A stretch of DNA of 64,000 nucleotides. Source: Sedimentisphaerales bacterium. GTDB taxonomy: Bacteria > Planctomycetota > Phycisphaerae > Sedimentisphaerales > SM23-30. Below, in pieces: positions 29,107 to 39,142 of this stretch. Position numbers and translations under genes: made by a program. Location: contig CAXXMR010000014.1 in NCBI GenBank assembly GCA_963663805.2, positions 32,001 to 96,000 of the forward strand, given 5' to 3'. Within the stretch, counting starts at the first letter, position 1. The number at the start of each line of letters is the position of its first letter. Under the pieces are notes generated by a model. The model was given only the letters and a program-made list of their open reading frames with translations. It ran no database searches and was not told the DNA's origin.

Positions 29107-30747
29107 TTACAATCCCGGCAGGGGCATTCGCTCCAGCATGTACTTGGCTTCAATCATATTCTGCTGGTCGGCGCTGAGCTGATACAGCAGCCCGATTATC
29201 TGGGAAAAACCCATCCCCCGCCGGCTCTTATCCTTATCAGGCAGAGTCAGCCGGGCGACAAAATCGGCTACCAGCCGGGAAGATTCCACGGTAATGCCGT
29301 CCAGCCGGCCTTTTTCGGTGATAACAATCTTCACATTTTCGCTGCCGGTCGGGGCGTTTATCATAACAGTTCCGTCCGGCGATTCATAGAATACATTGTC
29401 AGCCAATTTCATTTTCGTGCCGAACAGTGCTATTCTTGGCTCGGTAGTGGCCCATACTCCGATGAGGTCTTCGCCGGCGGAAGCGACCAAGTCAAGCTGG
29501 AAGTGGCCGGGCATATTGATGGAACGGACCCGACTGTCATTGGCATTACGCAGACCTTCATAGGCGATGAGCCTCAGACGAGCGTCCTGGTTGTCGAGCA
29601 TGTCGCTAAGGGTTCTTCTGACACTTAAATCTTCGGCATGGCGGGTAAGCGTCTGAGCAGCCTGAAGCTGCAAGGGGTTATCTTTTTGTTTGGCAATCTT
29701 TATCATGGTGTCCAGGGCGGCGAAGTCCTCCAGTTCGAGGGCGGCCTGGGCAGCCTGGAAGGTTAATTGGTCGGAACCTTCCTGGTAATGTCTGGAAATG
29801 CTGGCCAAGGCCCCTCTGCCAATACCCTGCCAGAGCAGTGATGCCAGGGGCGGTTCAATCTGTCCGTCGGTGAGCCACTGGTCAATATTTCGCAGGGTCA
29901 TTTGTTCAAAACCGCTGCTTTCCTGGATATACAGGGCCATCACCAGCGAAATGAAATACTGGTAGCGGTCGCGGTATTCGTCGGGCAGGGTAACCATAAT
30001 AAATTCTCGACCGGTGGCATTTGCAACCTTGGGTCGTTCATCCCGGCCAAATCGGGTGTTTATCCGTCGCTGGATTTGCTGGGCGATACGATAATCGGGG
30101 TTTATCAGGGTCAGGGCGATTTGTCGGTCATATTTTGAAAGCCCTCCGCCAAGCACCAGTCCGTTTCGCGGGTCGGCCTTCTGGTTAGGTTCAGGCCCTA
30201 TGGGAAAAGGATTTACAAACATTGGTCCGCCCGCCAGGGCTGCGACTCGACCGGCGTCGGCCCCGAATCTGCCCGAAAAAAACTGTCTCATTTCGGTACG
30301 AAGCAGGAAACCACCCTGGAGGGAAGTTGTCTGGGTACCCTGGATGGGCCGGACCTGAACATCAAATCGAATCCCTTCGGGGGCTCCGGCGGGCACCAGG
30401 CCGGTGACTTCTACCGCGGCGGTATTGCGAGAATCGAAAATCTGCTCAGCCGTAAGTTCCTGGTATTCCTCCGACATGAATTGCTTCAGGTCATTTTGGC
30501 GAATCTGTTGAATAAGATAGGCTTTGGTGGTGGGGTCACACTCGCTGGAGCCGGTTCCGGGCAGCCCCCAGACCAGCGAATAGCCGCTTACACGTACAGC
30601 GGCGTAGCCGGTCAATTCGCAAAGAGAGCCGATGGTGTCCTGAAGAGGGTCAATTTTTGATGGTTTTTTGTTGTCCTGGGCGTCCCGAGCGGGGTTACAT
30701 CCCGAAAAGGCCAGTAAAATCAGGGTAAGCGGCACAATTAGCTTCAT
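29107..30747 (-). CDS. FlgI (P-ring)-like lipoprotein with HEAT-like repeats
   Basis: Lipobox FSGC; FlgI-like GYSLVWGLPGTG, NTAAVEVTG..P..A..G..FDVQV, TSLQGGFL; start at ATG 30747. Confidence 0.8.
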   Translation of the reverse strand: MKLIVPLTLILLAFSGCNPARDAQDNKKPSKIDPLQDTIGSLCELTGYAAVRVSGYSLVWGLPGTGSSECDPTTKAYLIQQIRQNDLKQFMSEEYQELTAEQIFDSRNTAAVEVTGLVPAGAPEGIRFDVQVRPIQGTQTTSLQGGFLLRTEMRQFFSGRFGADAGRVAALAGGPMFVNPFPIGPEPNQKADPRNGLVLGGGLSKYDRQIALTLINPDYRIAQQIQRRINTRFGRDERPKVANATGREFIMVTLPDEYRDRYQYFISLVMALYIQESSGFEQMTLRNIDQWLTDGQIEPPLASLLWQGIGRGALASISRHYQEGSDQLTFQAAQAALELEDFAALDTMIKIAKQKDNPLQLQAAQTLTRHAEDLSVRRTLSDMLDNQDARLRLIAYEGLRNANDSRVRSINMPGHFQLDLVASAGEDLIGVWATTEPRIALFGTKMKLADNVFYESPDGTVMINAPTGSENVKIVITEKGRLDGITVESSRLVADFVARLTLPDKDKSRRGMGFSQIIGLLYQLSADQQNMIEAKYMLERMPLPGL

Positions 30748-31038
30748 AGCGTAACCATTTTTACTATAGTGGTTTATATTCGGCGAGTTAAACGGCACTA
30801 TATTATATTTATACTTATCGGACCATTACGTTGGCCGTCTTCAGGTTTTGGGTAAATTTTTCCCAACAAGCCAGAAGGATAGTTTTTACCCCCCAAAACG
30901 TCAAGATTATTCGACCAGCAACTCCCAAAAGGTGGGCGACATTTATTTCTGGCGATACAGAGCAACAGATTTTCAGGCAGAAACAGGATTGAAATGTAAA
31001 TCTGACATCGTACGGGTACGATTCATGACTTATGTTGC

Positions 31039-31929
31039 TCAGTTTTCGTATTGTTCCGGCGTGGGAGTTGGTGCCGGGGCAAGCGGTCGAGCGAAGGGGG
31101 TGGCTTTTTCGAGACGTTTTTTGATTATCCGCTGGGACTGGCAGCTGCGAATCTGGGCGGCAGTCAGGATTAGCAGGGAGAACAGCCACATGCCGGAAAA
31201 TCGGGTGTAATATACCAGGGCAGCGATAAAACTGGGCTCGGAATTCACACTATGATAATGCTGAGTCAGTTCATCGTAGCCAAAAATCGCACTGGGGACA
31301 TTGGGGCAAAATGCCGCCTGCCACGGGACCAGCAGGACCATAAGCAGCAGGGAAAGGAAAAACGCTTTGCTGGCGGGAGTCAGGCCGCCCAGATGGCCAA
31401 CCAAGGCGATTTTAACCTCTACCAGCAGTACCAGACAATAAAGTACTCCTCCAAAAGCCAGGGTTACCCGACATATCGGCAATACGAGTTTGATGCCCTC
31501 GACCAGCACGGTTTCGCGCGGACGGGGCGGGGTGGTCGGCTGCTGTTCCATTCTGGGCAAAAACGGGGGTGTCATAAAGGGCTTTCCGGGCGGGGGGACA
31601 AGTCCTTCTGACTTTTTCTCGTCGGGAGCGGCGGGGACGGCTTCTGAAGGCTGAGCCGGGGCTGTTGCGAGCTTCTCATCGTCAATCAAAAGCCAGCCGT
31701 CAAATGAGCGAGCCTGGCCCGGATAGTTCATCCAGACGCCTTTGTCCCGGCCCATTCCCAAGGTATCATCGATAGTGCCGCGGTCGACAATCCAGAAACA
31801 AACTCCCAGAACTATCAAAGAAAGGAGTATCAGCCAGAAAAAGATGTTCCGGGCGGACTTCAAAACCGCCAGGGCTTCCTGGGCATCATTTCTATCCACG
31901 CAAAGGCAGTTATCATAATTCTGGGCCAT
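31039..31929 (-). CDS. Hypothetical membrane protein with a Pro-rich loop
   Basis: About 4 TM segments and a P/A/E-rich linker. Confidence 0.75.
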   Translation of the reverse strand: MAQNYDNCLCVDRNDAQEALAVLKSARNIFFWLILLSLIVLGVCFWIVDRGTIDDTLGMGRDKGVWMNYPGQARSFDGWLLIDDEKLATAPAQPSEAVPAAPDEKKSEGLVPPPGKPFMTPPFLPRMEQQPTTPPRPRETVLVEGIKLVLPICRVTLAFGGVLYCLVLLVEVKIALVGHLGGLTPASKAFFLSLLLMVLLVPWQAAFCPNVPSAIFGYDELTQHYHSVNSEPSFIAALVYYTRFSGMWLFSLLILTAAQIRSCQSQRIIKKRLEKATPFARPLAPAPTPTPEQYEN

Positions 31930-32141
31930 CAGAGATACTCCGTTTTTTGTAAAGTGTTGCTATTTAACACCATCTGAGACATGCCTATATGATAAAGAGC
32001 CTTTACGGGAACTGTCAACTGATTTCGCAAACTGTGGTGGCTGGTGGTCTTATCCGGTCGCTTACGCGGCTCGGTTTTTGTTGGTGGTTTAGTTTGTGGT
32101 TGGTTGTTGCACACCTGAGACACACATTGTCCCTGTTCTTG

Positions 32142-32708
32142 TTAGTTGATTTTATTCAGCAGCCAGGCGAAATTTTCGCTGAGTCGCTCCAGGGTTTTGA
32201 GTCCTTCCTCATCATGGGCAATATCACCGGGGTCGCGAGCCTGTATCACATTCCAGTAGCTCGAACCAACTGTAACCATATCCATAATCGGAAAAAACAT
32301 GGTTAATTGCTGAAAAGTCGCGTTATGGCCGGCACGACGGGCGACGGCGATGGCTGTGCCGACTTTGCGACTGAGGGGATTGCCACAACGCCGGGCAACA
32401 TAGCCCAAGCGGTGAATCAGGTTGCAGATCGGGCCGGTGGCATAGCTGAAATATACGGGACTGGCCAGGACAAGGCCGTCAGCAGCGACGATTTTCTCAT
32501 ATATCGGCTGAAAATCATCCTTATGGGCCACACACTTATGGGCAGCGGCACAGCCTCCGCAGGCGGTGCAGGGGCCTATTTCAAGGCCTACTAAGGTGAT
32601 AAGCTCAGTTTCGATATTGTTTAGGGCGATGCCTTTCAAAACAATCTCACAGGCCTGCTCTGTGTTTCCACCTTTTCGGGGACTTCCGCATACGGCAACT
32701 ACTTTCAT
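32142..32708 (-). CDS. Iron-sulfur flavoprotein / flavodoxin family protein
   Basis: GSPRKGGNT, CTACGGC...C, LASPVYF; start at ATG 32708. Confidence 0.92.
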   Translation of the reverse strand: MKVVAVCGSPRKGGNTEQACEIVLKGIALNNIETELITLVGLEIGPCTACGGCAAAHKCVAHKDDFQPIYEKIVAADGLVLASPVYFSYATGPICNLIHRLGYVARRCGNPLSRKVGTAIAVARRAGHNATFQQLTMFFPIMDMVTVGSSYWNVIQARDPGDIAHDEEGLKTLERLSENFAWLLNKIN

Positions 32709-33131
32709 GATTCCATACCCTTCTGATAGCATATCAATATTGATAACACGGTTATTTGTAATTGACCGGTGAGGAGCTGGCAAGCCATTTTTGTTGTTAA
32801 AAAAATAATTCATAACGTTCTTAAAGAGATAAGTTTATGTTAAAAATTATTTTTGGTCTGTCCTTAAAAGATAAAAATGGCCGATAACTTTCTCATAACG
32901 ACAAATAGCAGGTTTATTTGAGGTAAGGGCGGCCCAGTGGCCCTACCAGCACTGAAAATGACATTAAGAAACAAGTAAATATGAGCTTTTTTTACGGTTT
33001 TGGCTGTACAACGGGCGATAGCAATACTATTATTGCCGTTCAGATAGAAACTCGGGTCAAATGACAATGTTGCGACATATTCATAGGCGCAGTCGCGTCG
33101 GTCGCTGAATTGTCCGAAAGAGCAAGGATCT

Positions 33132-33302
33132 ATGTTAGGAATTGAAGACAAATATGTGAGTCTGGCCTATATTTTGTGTTTGGCTAGTGCTCTGCTGTGT
33201 GTGGTCTACGGCTTGGCAAACTGGAATCGCGGCGACGCGGATGTTGATGATGAAGACATTCGCTGGGCTGAGGAAGAGAAAAAAGTCGAACAGGAATTCT
33301 GA
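33132..33302 (+). CDS. Small symporter accessory membrane protein (56 aa; not in the ORF track)
   Basis: MLGIEDKYVSLAYILCLASALLCVVYGLANWNRGD...WAEEEKKVEQEF; AAGGA RBS; one TM; immediately upstream of the SSS gene. Confidence 0.85.
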   Translation: MLGIEDKYVSLAYILCLASALLCVVYGLANWNRGDADVDDEDIRWAEEEKKVEQEF

Positions 33303-33415
33303 TTCGAAGTTTTCTGTAGATTTCAGATATTGTTCAGGTCTTTAGGGTCATGTTGCGCCTGGTTTGGGTCGGCGCGGTTTCTTTGTAAACGCTTTTCCTT
33401 TTGGAGGACGCTGAT

Positions 33416-35371
33416 ATGATGATAGCGCAAGCTGTCGGTGTAGTTGAGATAATTGTGGTTCTGGTCTATATGATGGTCGTGGCTTATTTAGGCTGGCTGG
33501 GTTATCGCGGGACCAAGACCGACGCCGATTATCTGGTGGCTGGTCGTAAAGTTCACCCTTTTGTGATGGCCCTGAGCTACGGTGCGACTTTTATCAGCAC
33601 CAGTGCTATTGTCGGTTTTGGCGGGGTGGCTGGTCTTTTTGGGATGAGTTTGTTGTGGCTTACCTTCCTGAATATCTTTGTCGGTATCTTTGTTGCGTTC
33701 GTGTTTTTAGGTGGTCCTACTCGTCGGTTGGGTCATCGTCTCGACGCCCATACTTTTCCGGAATTGCTTGGTCGGCGTTTTCAGAGCAGCTTTATGCAGG
33801 TTTTCGCCGGGCTGATTATTTTCTTCTTTATCCCTTTGTATGCGGCGGCGGTTTTGATTGGCGGCTGCGAGTATATTTCCACTCAGTTTGGGATTCCTTA
33901 CGATGCGGCGTTGCTGATTTTCAGTGTTTTGATTGCGGCTTATGTGGTGGTAGGGGGTTTAAAAGGTGTTATGTATACCGATGCCCTACAGGGTTCGATT
34001 ATGTTTGTCGGCATGATTTTTCTGCTGGTCTGGACCTATTCTTTGCTGGGCGGAGTAACCGAAGCACATACCGCTCTGACTGAGATTGGCAATAAACCCA
34101 GTTTGTTCGGCAGTATAGGCTTTAAGGGCTGGACGGCTATGCCGGAATGCGGCTGGGGCGAACCGAAATATGATCTCTGGTGGATTGTAGTCAGTACGAT
34201 TGTATTGGGTGTCGGAATTGGTGTGCTGGCACAGCCTCAGTTGGCGGTGCGGTTTATGACCGTAAAGAGCAAACGCGAACTGAATCGCGCGGTGTTTATC
34301 GGCGGGGTTTTCATTCTGATTATGACGGGGGTAGCTTTTACGGTTGGTTCATTGAGCAACCTGTATTTCCACAACCATGAAAAGATAACCGGCAAAATCA
34401 TTTCCAAAACCGAAGTCGCCTGGGTGGTAGCCAAAAAAGAGCGTGATATTCTCAAGAAAGTTCCCTGCGAACTGTGGCATATCGACTCTACCGGTACCGG
34501 TGAGGTTGACAATACTATCGTGGCTCAGGGTTATGACCTGCTGATTACCAAGGATGGTCCCAAGACTCTCACGGCGGGCCATGGTATCAAGCCCGGCGAA
34601 GGAGAAAAGCTGATTCCCTTCTCGGTACTTATGCCCAAAGCTGAAATCGTTCAGGAGTTGGCAGACGGCAGAGTGGAAATAATGCCGCACGCGACCGCGT
34701 TTACCAGGGCGGTAGTTGGTGGTGGTGAAAACTGGGGTTTCAATCCCGATAGTGTTATTCCCACATTCGTGACTCGTGCCATGCCCAAATGGTTTGGTTT
34801 GTTGTTTTTGCTGACCCTGCTGGCGGCGGCGATGAGTACGCTTTCCAGTCAGTTCCACGCGGTTGGCACCAGTATCGGTCGCGATGTTTATGAGCAGCTG
34901 ACCCAGAAACACGGGACCAGTATCCTGATTACCAGGGTGGGTATTATCATCGGTATTATTATCGCGGTAATTATCAGTCATTATGCTCGTGGTGGCTATA
35001 TTGTCGCTCGGGCGACCGCGATTTTCTTTGGTCTTTGTGCCTCGGCGTTTTTACCGACCTTTTTGGGCGGGTTGTTCTTCAAATGGGTCACTCGTGCCGG
35101 AGCGATTGCCAGTATGGTCGTCGGTTTTCTTATTCCGGCGTTCTGGCTGCTGTTCATTAAGGATAAAGAGGCGCGGGCCCTGGGGATTTGCAACTGGCTG
35201 TTGGGGACCGACGAAAAACCGGTTCACTCTTTGCTGCTGGACCATCCTAACTGGTCGGTGGTTGACCCGGTTGTGATTGCGGTGCCGATAAGTTTTCTGG
35301 TGTTAATCCTGGTCAGCGTTGTCAGCAAAAGGCCTGACGATGGGCATTTGGAAAAATGTTTTAAGAAATAG
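33416..35371 (+). CDS. Sodium:solute symporter family protein
   Basis: YLVAGR, SYGATFISTSAIVGFGG, GGLKGVMYTD, QPQLAVRF, AAAMSTLSS; GGAGG RBS before ATG 33416. Confidence 0.95.
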   Translation: MMIAQAVGVVEIIVVLVYMMVVAYLGWLGYRGTKTDADYLVAGRKVHPFVMALSYGATFISTSAIVGFGGVAGLFGMSLLWLTFLNIFVGIFVAFVFLGGPTRRLGHRLDAHTFPELLGRRFQSSFMQVFAGLIIFFFIPLYAAAVLIGGCEYISTQFGIPYDAALLIFSVLIAAYVVVGGLKGVMYTDALQGSIMFVGMIFLLVWTYSLLGGVTEAHTALTEIGNKPSLFGSIGFKGWTAMPECGWGEPKYDLWWIVVSTIVLGVGIGVLAQPQLAVRFMTVKSKRELNRAVFIGGVFILIMTGVAFTVGSLSNLYFHNHEKITGKIISKTEVAWVVAKKERDILKKVPCELWHIDSTGTGEVDNTIVAQGYDLLITKDGPKTLTAGHGIKPGEGEKLIPFSVLMPKAEIVQELADGRVEIMPHATAFTRAVVGGGENWGFNPDSVIPTFVTRAMPKWFGLLFLLTLLAAAMSTLSSQFHAVGTSIGRDVYEQLTQKHGTSILITRVGIIIGIIIAVIISHYARGGYIVARATAIFFGLCASAFLPTFLGGLFFKWVTRAGAIASMVVGFLIPAFWLLFIKDKEARALGICNWLLGTDEKPVHSLLLDHPNWSVVDPVVIAVPISFLVLILVSVVSKRPDDGHLEKCFKK

Positions 35372-35456
35372 TTTCTTTTGTGAATTTTTTTGTTAAACTG
35401 TGGATTATTCGGATGGGGGGTAGTGGTAGTAAAATGTACTATGAAAGGAGCATTGT

Positions 35457-36821
35457 ATGAGATTGTCTGTTTTGTTGAAAATTACCGTGGTGGTGGCCAT
35501 TGTCGGCTTAACTTCGGCCCTGAGTTGGGCTGCTGACGGGGGCGCTTCCGATAGCGGCGTTATTGACGCTATCAAGAACCCCATGCCGGGTCTGACTTTG
35601 AGTTTTGACCAGCGTTTGCGGGAAATCTGGGGTGATAAATTTATCATTCCGGACCGTAGTTCCGCTAACCATGAATATCACTTCCAGAGAATTCGCAGTC
35701 GTCTGGGTGCCAAGTGGAGCATGTTTGAGGACGTCGATGTCAATGCCCGCTTGATTTGGGAGTGGCGTAACTGGTGTAAGCCGGACAGTCGTGATTCTAA
35801 TGTAGAGTTCGACGAAGCGTTGTTCGACACCTTGAATGTCCAGGTTCGCAATGCCTTTGACCTGCCCCTGACCATTACCGCTGGTCGCCAGGACCTGATT
35901 TTTGGTAACGGCTGGCTGATTCTCGACGGCACGCCGCTGGACGGCTCACGTACAATTTTCTTCGATGCGGTTCGTTTCAACTACCAGTTGGATGAAGCAA
36001 CTTCAGTTGATTTGATTTATGTGGACCAGAAGGCAGAAGCCGACGGGACATTCGAACCTATTAACGACCAGGAACGTGGCACCGGCCTTATCGACCAGGA
36101 TGAACGTGGTGCCATTCTTTATGTCAAAAATAATTCCTGGCTGCCGAATACCAAAACAGATGTTTACGCTATCTGGAAACACGAGCTTCCCTGCGATGCC
36201 GGTGTCGGCACTGACGCTCAAATCTATACCTTTGGTGCTCGCGTTGATTCGTCTTTGAGCGAACAGCTCAAGGGCCGTGCCGAATTTGCTCAGCAGTTGG
36301 GTGAATATGGCGATAGTTCCGGTATTTGTGCGTTCGGTTTCAACAGTCGCCTGACATACCTGCTCAAAGATTCATGGGACAGTCAACTGCGTTTCAACTA
36401 TGAATTCCTCAGTGGTGACGATCCGGATACTGCCAAGAACGAGCAGTTCAACAGTCTTTGGGGACGCTGGCCTCAGTTCAGCGAGTTGTATGTTTATACT
36501 TATCTGCCGGAAAGTCGTATCGGTGACGTAACCAATCTGCACCGCGTAGGCGGCGGATGGACGGGTCATCCGACCGAGAAGATAGAGCTTTGTGCCGACT
36601 ATCATCTGCTTTACGCCGATGAAAATACTGTCGAAAATCGGGCTGCCTACAGCAGTGGTCATTTTCGCGGTCAGTTAATCACCGCCATGATGAAATACAA
36701 AATCAACAAGCACCTCAGCGGTCATTTTCTGGCCGAGAGTTTTCTGCCGGGCGGCTATTACGAGGAAGATACTCAGGATCCGGCGTACTTCCTGCGTTAT
36801 GAGTTGATGATAACCTTCTAA
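35457..36821 (+). CDS. Alginate-export-like outer-membrane beta-barrel (porin)
   Basis: Signal peptide, GRQDL.FG.G, SGDDP.T, C-terminal aromatic F. Confidence 0.8.
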   Translation: MRLSVLLKITVVVAIVGLTSALSWAADGGASDSGVIDAIKNPMPGLTLSFDQRLREIWGDKFIIPDRSSANHEYHFQRIRSRLGAKWSMFEDVDVNARLIWEWRNWCKPDSRDSNVEFDEALFDTLNVQVRNAFDLPLTITAGRQDLIFGNGWLILDGTPLDGSRTIFFDAVRFNYQLDEATSVDLIYVDQKAEADGTFEPINDQERGTGLIDQDERGAILYVKNNSWLPNTKTDVYAIWKHELPCDAGVGTDAQIYTFGARVDSSLSEQLKGRAEFAQQLGEYGDSSGICAFGFNSRLTYLLKDSWDSQLRFNYEFLSGDDPDTAKNEQFNSLWGRWPQFSELYVYTYLPESRIGDVTNLHRVGGGWTGHPTEKIELCADYHLLYADENTVENRAAYSSGHFRGQLITAMMKYKINKHLSGHFLAESFLPGGYYEEDTQDPAYFLRYELMITF

Positions 36822-36847
36822 GACCGGCATAGGTCTTTTGTATGACT

Positions 36848-36904
36848 GCCGGCCCGACAGCTCAGTTGTTCCATTCAGGCAACTGTACTGTCGGGTCGGC
36901 TTTT
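36848..36904 (+). terminator. Long hairpin with U-tract between the porin and iorA
   Basis: GCCGGCCCGACAG...CTGTCGGGTCGGC followed by TTTT. Confidence 0.7.
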
Positions 36905-37028
36905 GTATGCGCCAATATTGGTAAAACTTGATTTTCGGGCGATTTTACGTTAAATTACTGAACCTGTCTTTTGCTAAGGCGGGAATGTTGCTGGCGATTG
37001 GTAATTTTATGTAAAATCAGGAATAATA

Positions 37029-38624
37029 ATGACTAACGATGCTCGCTTACTTCTTAGCGGTAACGAGGCAATTGCCTTGGCCGCTCGTGACTCCGCGGTA
37101 ATGCTCGGTACTGGCTATCCCGGTACCCCTTCCACGGAAATTTTGGAAAACTTCTCCAAACTTGGCGGCAAGGCTCAATGGACTCCCAATGAGAAAGTTG
37201 CTTTGGAAGTGGGGCTTGGCTCGGCATTTGCGGGGGGGCGAACTTTGGTGACGATGAAACATGTAGGGGTGAATGTTGCCGCCGACCCGCTTTTTACGGC
37301 GGCTTATACCGGTGTTAAAGGAGGGCTTGTTTTAGTGTGTGCCGATGACCCTGGTATGGCCTCCAGTCAGAACGAGCAGGACAGCCGTAATTACGCTCGC
37401 GCCGCTGGGGTGATAATGATCGAGCCTTCTGATTCTCAGGAAGCCTATGATATGATGAGGGCCAGTCTGGAGATTTCCGAGAAATTTCAGGTGGTTGTTA
37501 TGCTGCGGGTGACGACCCGAATCTGTCATTCTAAAACTATTGTCAAGCCTGCGGCGAAACAGCACCCGATGCCGACAAGTTTTGAACGGGATATCCAAAA
37601 TCGCGTGATGGTTCCGGCTTTCGCTCGTCCAGCCCATCGTAAATTACGTAAGATTCTTGCCGAAGCTCAGGCGTACAACGAAACATCGAATCTTAACAAG
37701 GTTATCAAAGGTGATAAATCGTTAGGTATCATCGCGTCGGGTATTTCTTATGTCCATGCCCGCGAAGCCGCGACTAATGCCAGCTTCCTCAAACTGGGCA
37801 TGACCTATCCGCTGCCCATGAAGCAGATAGCCGATTTCGTTAGTAGTGTTGACCGTTGTCTGGTAATCGAAGAAGGCGACCCGATACTGGTTAATGATTT
37901 GCGGGCGGCCGGCCTTGATGTCGAAGGTAAAGACCAGATGTATCGTTTTGGCGAACTCACTGTCGGTCGGGTACTGCGAATCATCCAGAACGATACTTCG
38001 CTGGAAGAAGCTGCTCCCAAGGGCAAGCCGCCGCAATTATGTGTTGGCTGTCCCCATCGTAAAGTTTTTGAAACTTTGCGTGACCAGAAATGTATTGTTG
38101 CCGGCGACATCGGTTGTTATACCCTTGGCGTACTGCCGCCCTTTAACGCGATGGATACTTGTGTTTGCATGGGTGCCAGTATTGGTGTAGGGTTAGGTTT
38201 GCGGCATGTTCTTCCTGAAGACCAGGCCCGGCGGGTTGTTAGTGTAATTGGCGACAGCACCTTTGTACACAGCGGCATTACCGGTCTGGTCGAGATGGTT
38301 TACAACACTCCGGCAACCGGTCATGTTGTGCTTATTCTTGACAACAGCACCACGGCGATGACGGGTTTACAGGAGCATCCCGGCACCGGTCGTACTCTGG
38401 ACCATCAGCCCACGAATCAGATTGTGTTTGAGGATTTGGCCCGTTCGCTGGGCATTAAGAATGTTCAGGTAATCGACGCGGTCAAGGAAACAGAACAATT
38501 TAGTAAAATTCTCACTGATAGCCTCGCTGGGAATGAGCCTACAGTTATCATTACGCGTCGGCCCTGCATTTTAGCCGCTGGAAAGATTAAACAGTATCAA
38601 CAGGCCTGCCAAGGAGAAGTATAA
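37029..38624 (+). CDS. iorA: Indolepyruvate:ferredoxin oxidoreductase alpha subunit
   Basis: GNEAIA, GYPGTPSTEI, NEKVALE, MKHVG.NVAAD, C.GCPH, GDIGCY, GDSTF.HSG. Confidence 0.93.
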   Translation: MTNDARLLLSGNEAIALAARDSAVMLGTGYPGTPSTEILENFSKLGGKAQWTPNEKVALEVGLGSAFAGGRTLVTMKHVGVNVAADPLFTAAYTGVKGGLVLVCADDPGMASSQNEQDSRNYARAAGVIMIEPSDSQEAYDMMRASLEISEKFQVVVMLRVTTRICHSKTIVKPAAKQHPMPTSFERDIQNRVMVPAFARPAHRKLRKILAEAQAYNETSNLNKVIKGDKSLGIIASGISYVHAREAATNASFLKLGMTYPLPMKQIADFVSSVDRCLVIEEGDPILVNDLRAAGLDVEGKDQMYRFGELTVGRVLRIIQNDTSLEEAAPKGKPPQLCVGCPHRKVFETLRDQKCIVAGDIGCYTLGVLPPFNAMDTCVCMGASIGVGLGLRHVLPEDQARRVVSVIGDSTFVHSGITGLVEMVYNTPATGHVVLILDNSTTAMTGLQEHPGTGRTLDHQPTNQIVFEDLARSLGIKNVQVIDAVKETEQFSKILTDSLAGNEPTVIITRRPCILAAGKIKQYQQACQGEV

Positions 38625-38625
38625 C

Positions 38626-39105
38626 ATGTCAAAAGTTACTAATGTAATCATCGCCGGCCTGGGTGGTCAAGGCGTATTGAAGGCCTCGGATATTTTGGCA
38701 GAGGTTGTTTTTCGGGCGGGGCGGGATGTGAAAAAAAGTGAAGTACACGGCATGAGTCAGCGCGGCGGTTCGGTGAACAGCGGTGTGCGGTTCGGCGAGA
38801 ACGTTCTCAGCCCCATGGTCCCGGAAGGTCAGGCTGACTATCTCGTGGTTCTGGCTGAAGATCAAGTTGAAAACAATCGCCATACTCTTTCGAGTGAGGG
38901 TGTATTGCTGGAGCCGGGAATTATTGACGCTGACAAGCTCCAGAGCAAAAAAAGCCTTAATGTCGCTATGTTGGGTGCCCTGAGTATTTACCTTGACGTA
39001 GATAAGTCTGTCTGGCTGGAAACCATTCACGACAATCTCACCGAGAAGCTTCACGCGATGAATGACGAAGCGTTTGAGATGGGGCGTCAGGCAGCGAAAA
39101 AATAG
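38626..39105 (+). CDS. iorB: Indolepyruvate:ferredoxin oxidoreductase beta subunit
   Basis: GLGGQG, SEVHGMSQRGGSV; adjacent to iorA. Confidence 0.92.
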   Translation: MSKVTNVIIAGLGGQGVLKASDILAEVVFRAGRDVKKSEVHGMSQRGGSVNSGVRFGENVLSPMVPEGQADYLVVLAEDQVENNRHTLSSEGVLLEPGIIDADKLQSKKSLNVAMLGALSIYLDVDKSVWLETIHDNLTEKLHAMNDEAFEMGRQAAKK

Positions 39106-39142
39106 TGACATTTTATCAACAAGAAAAAAGGGAGTCGCGGTT

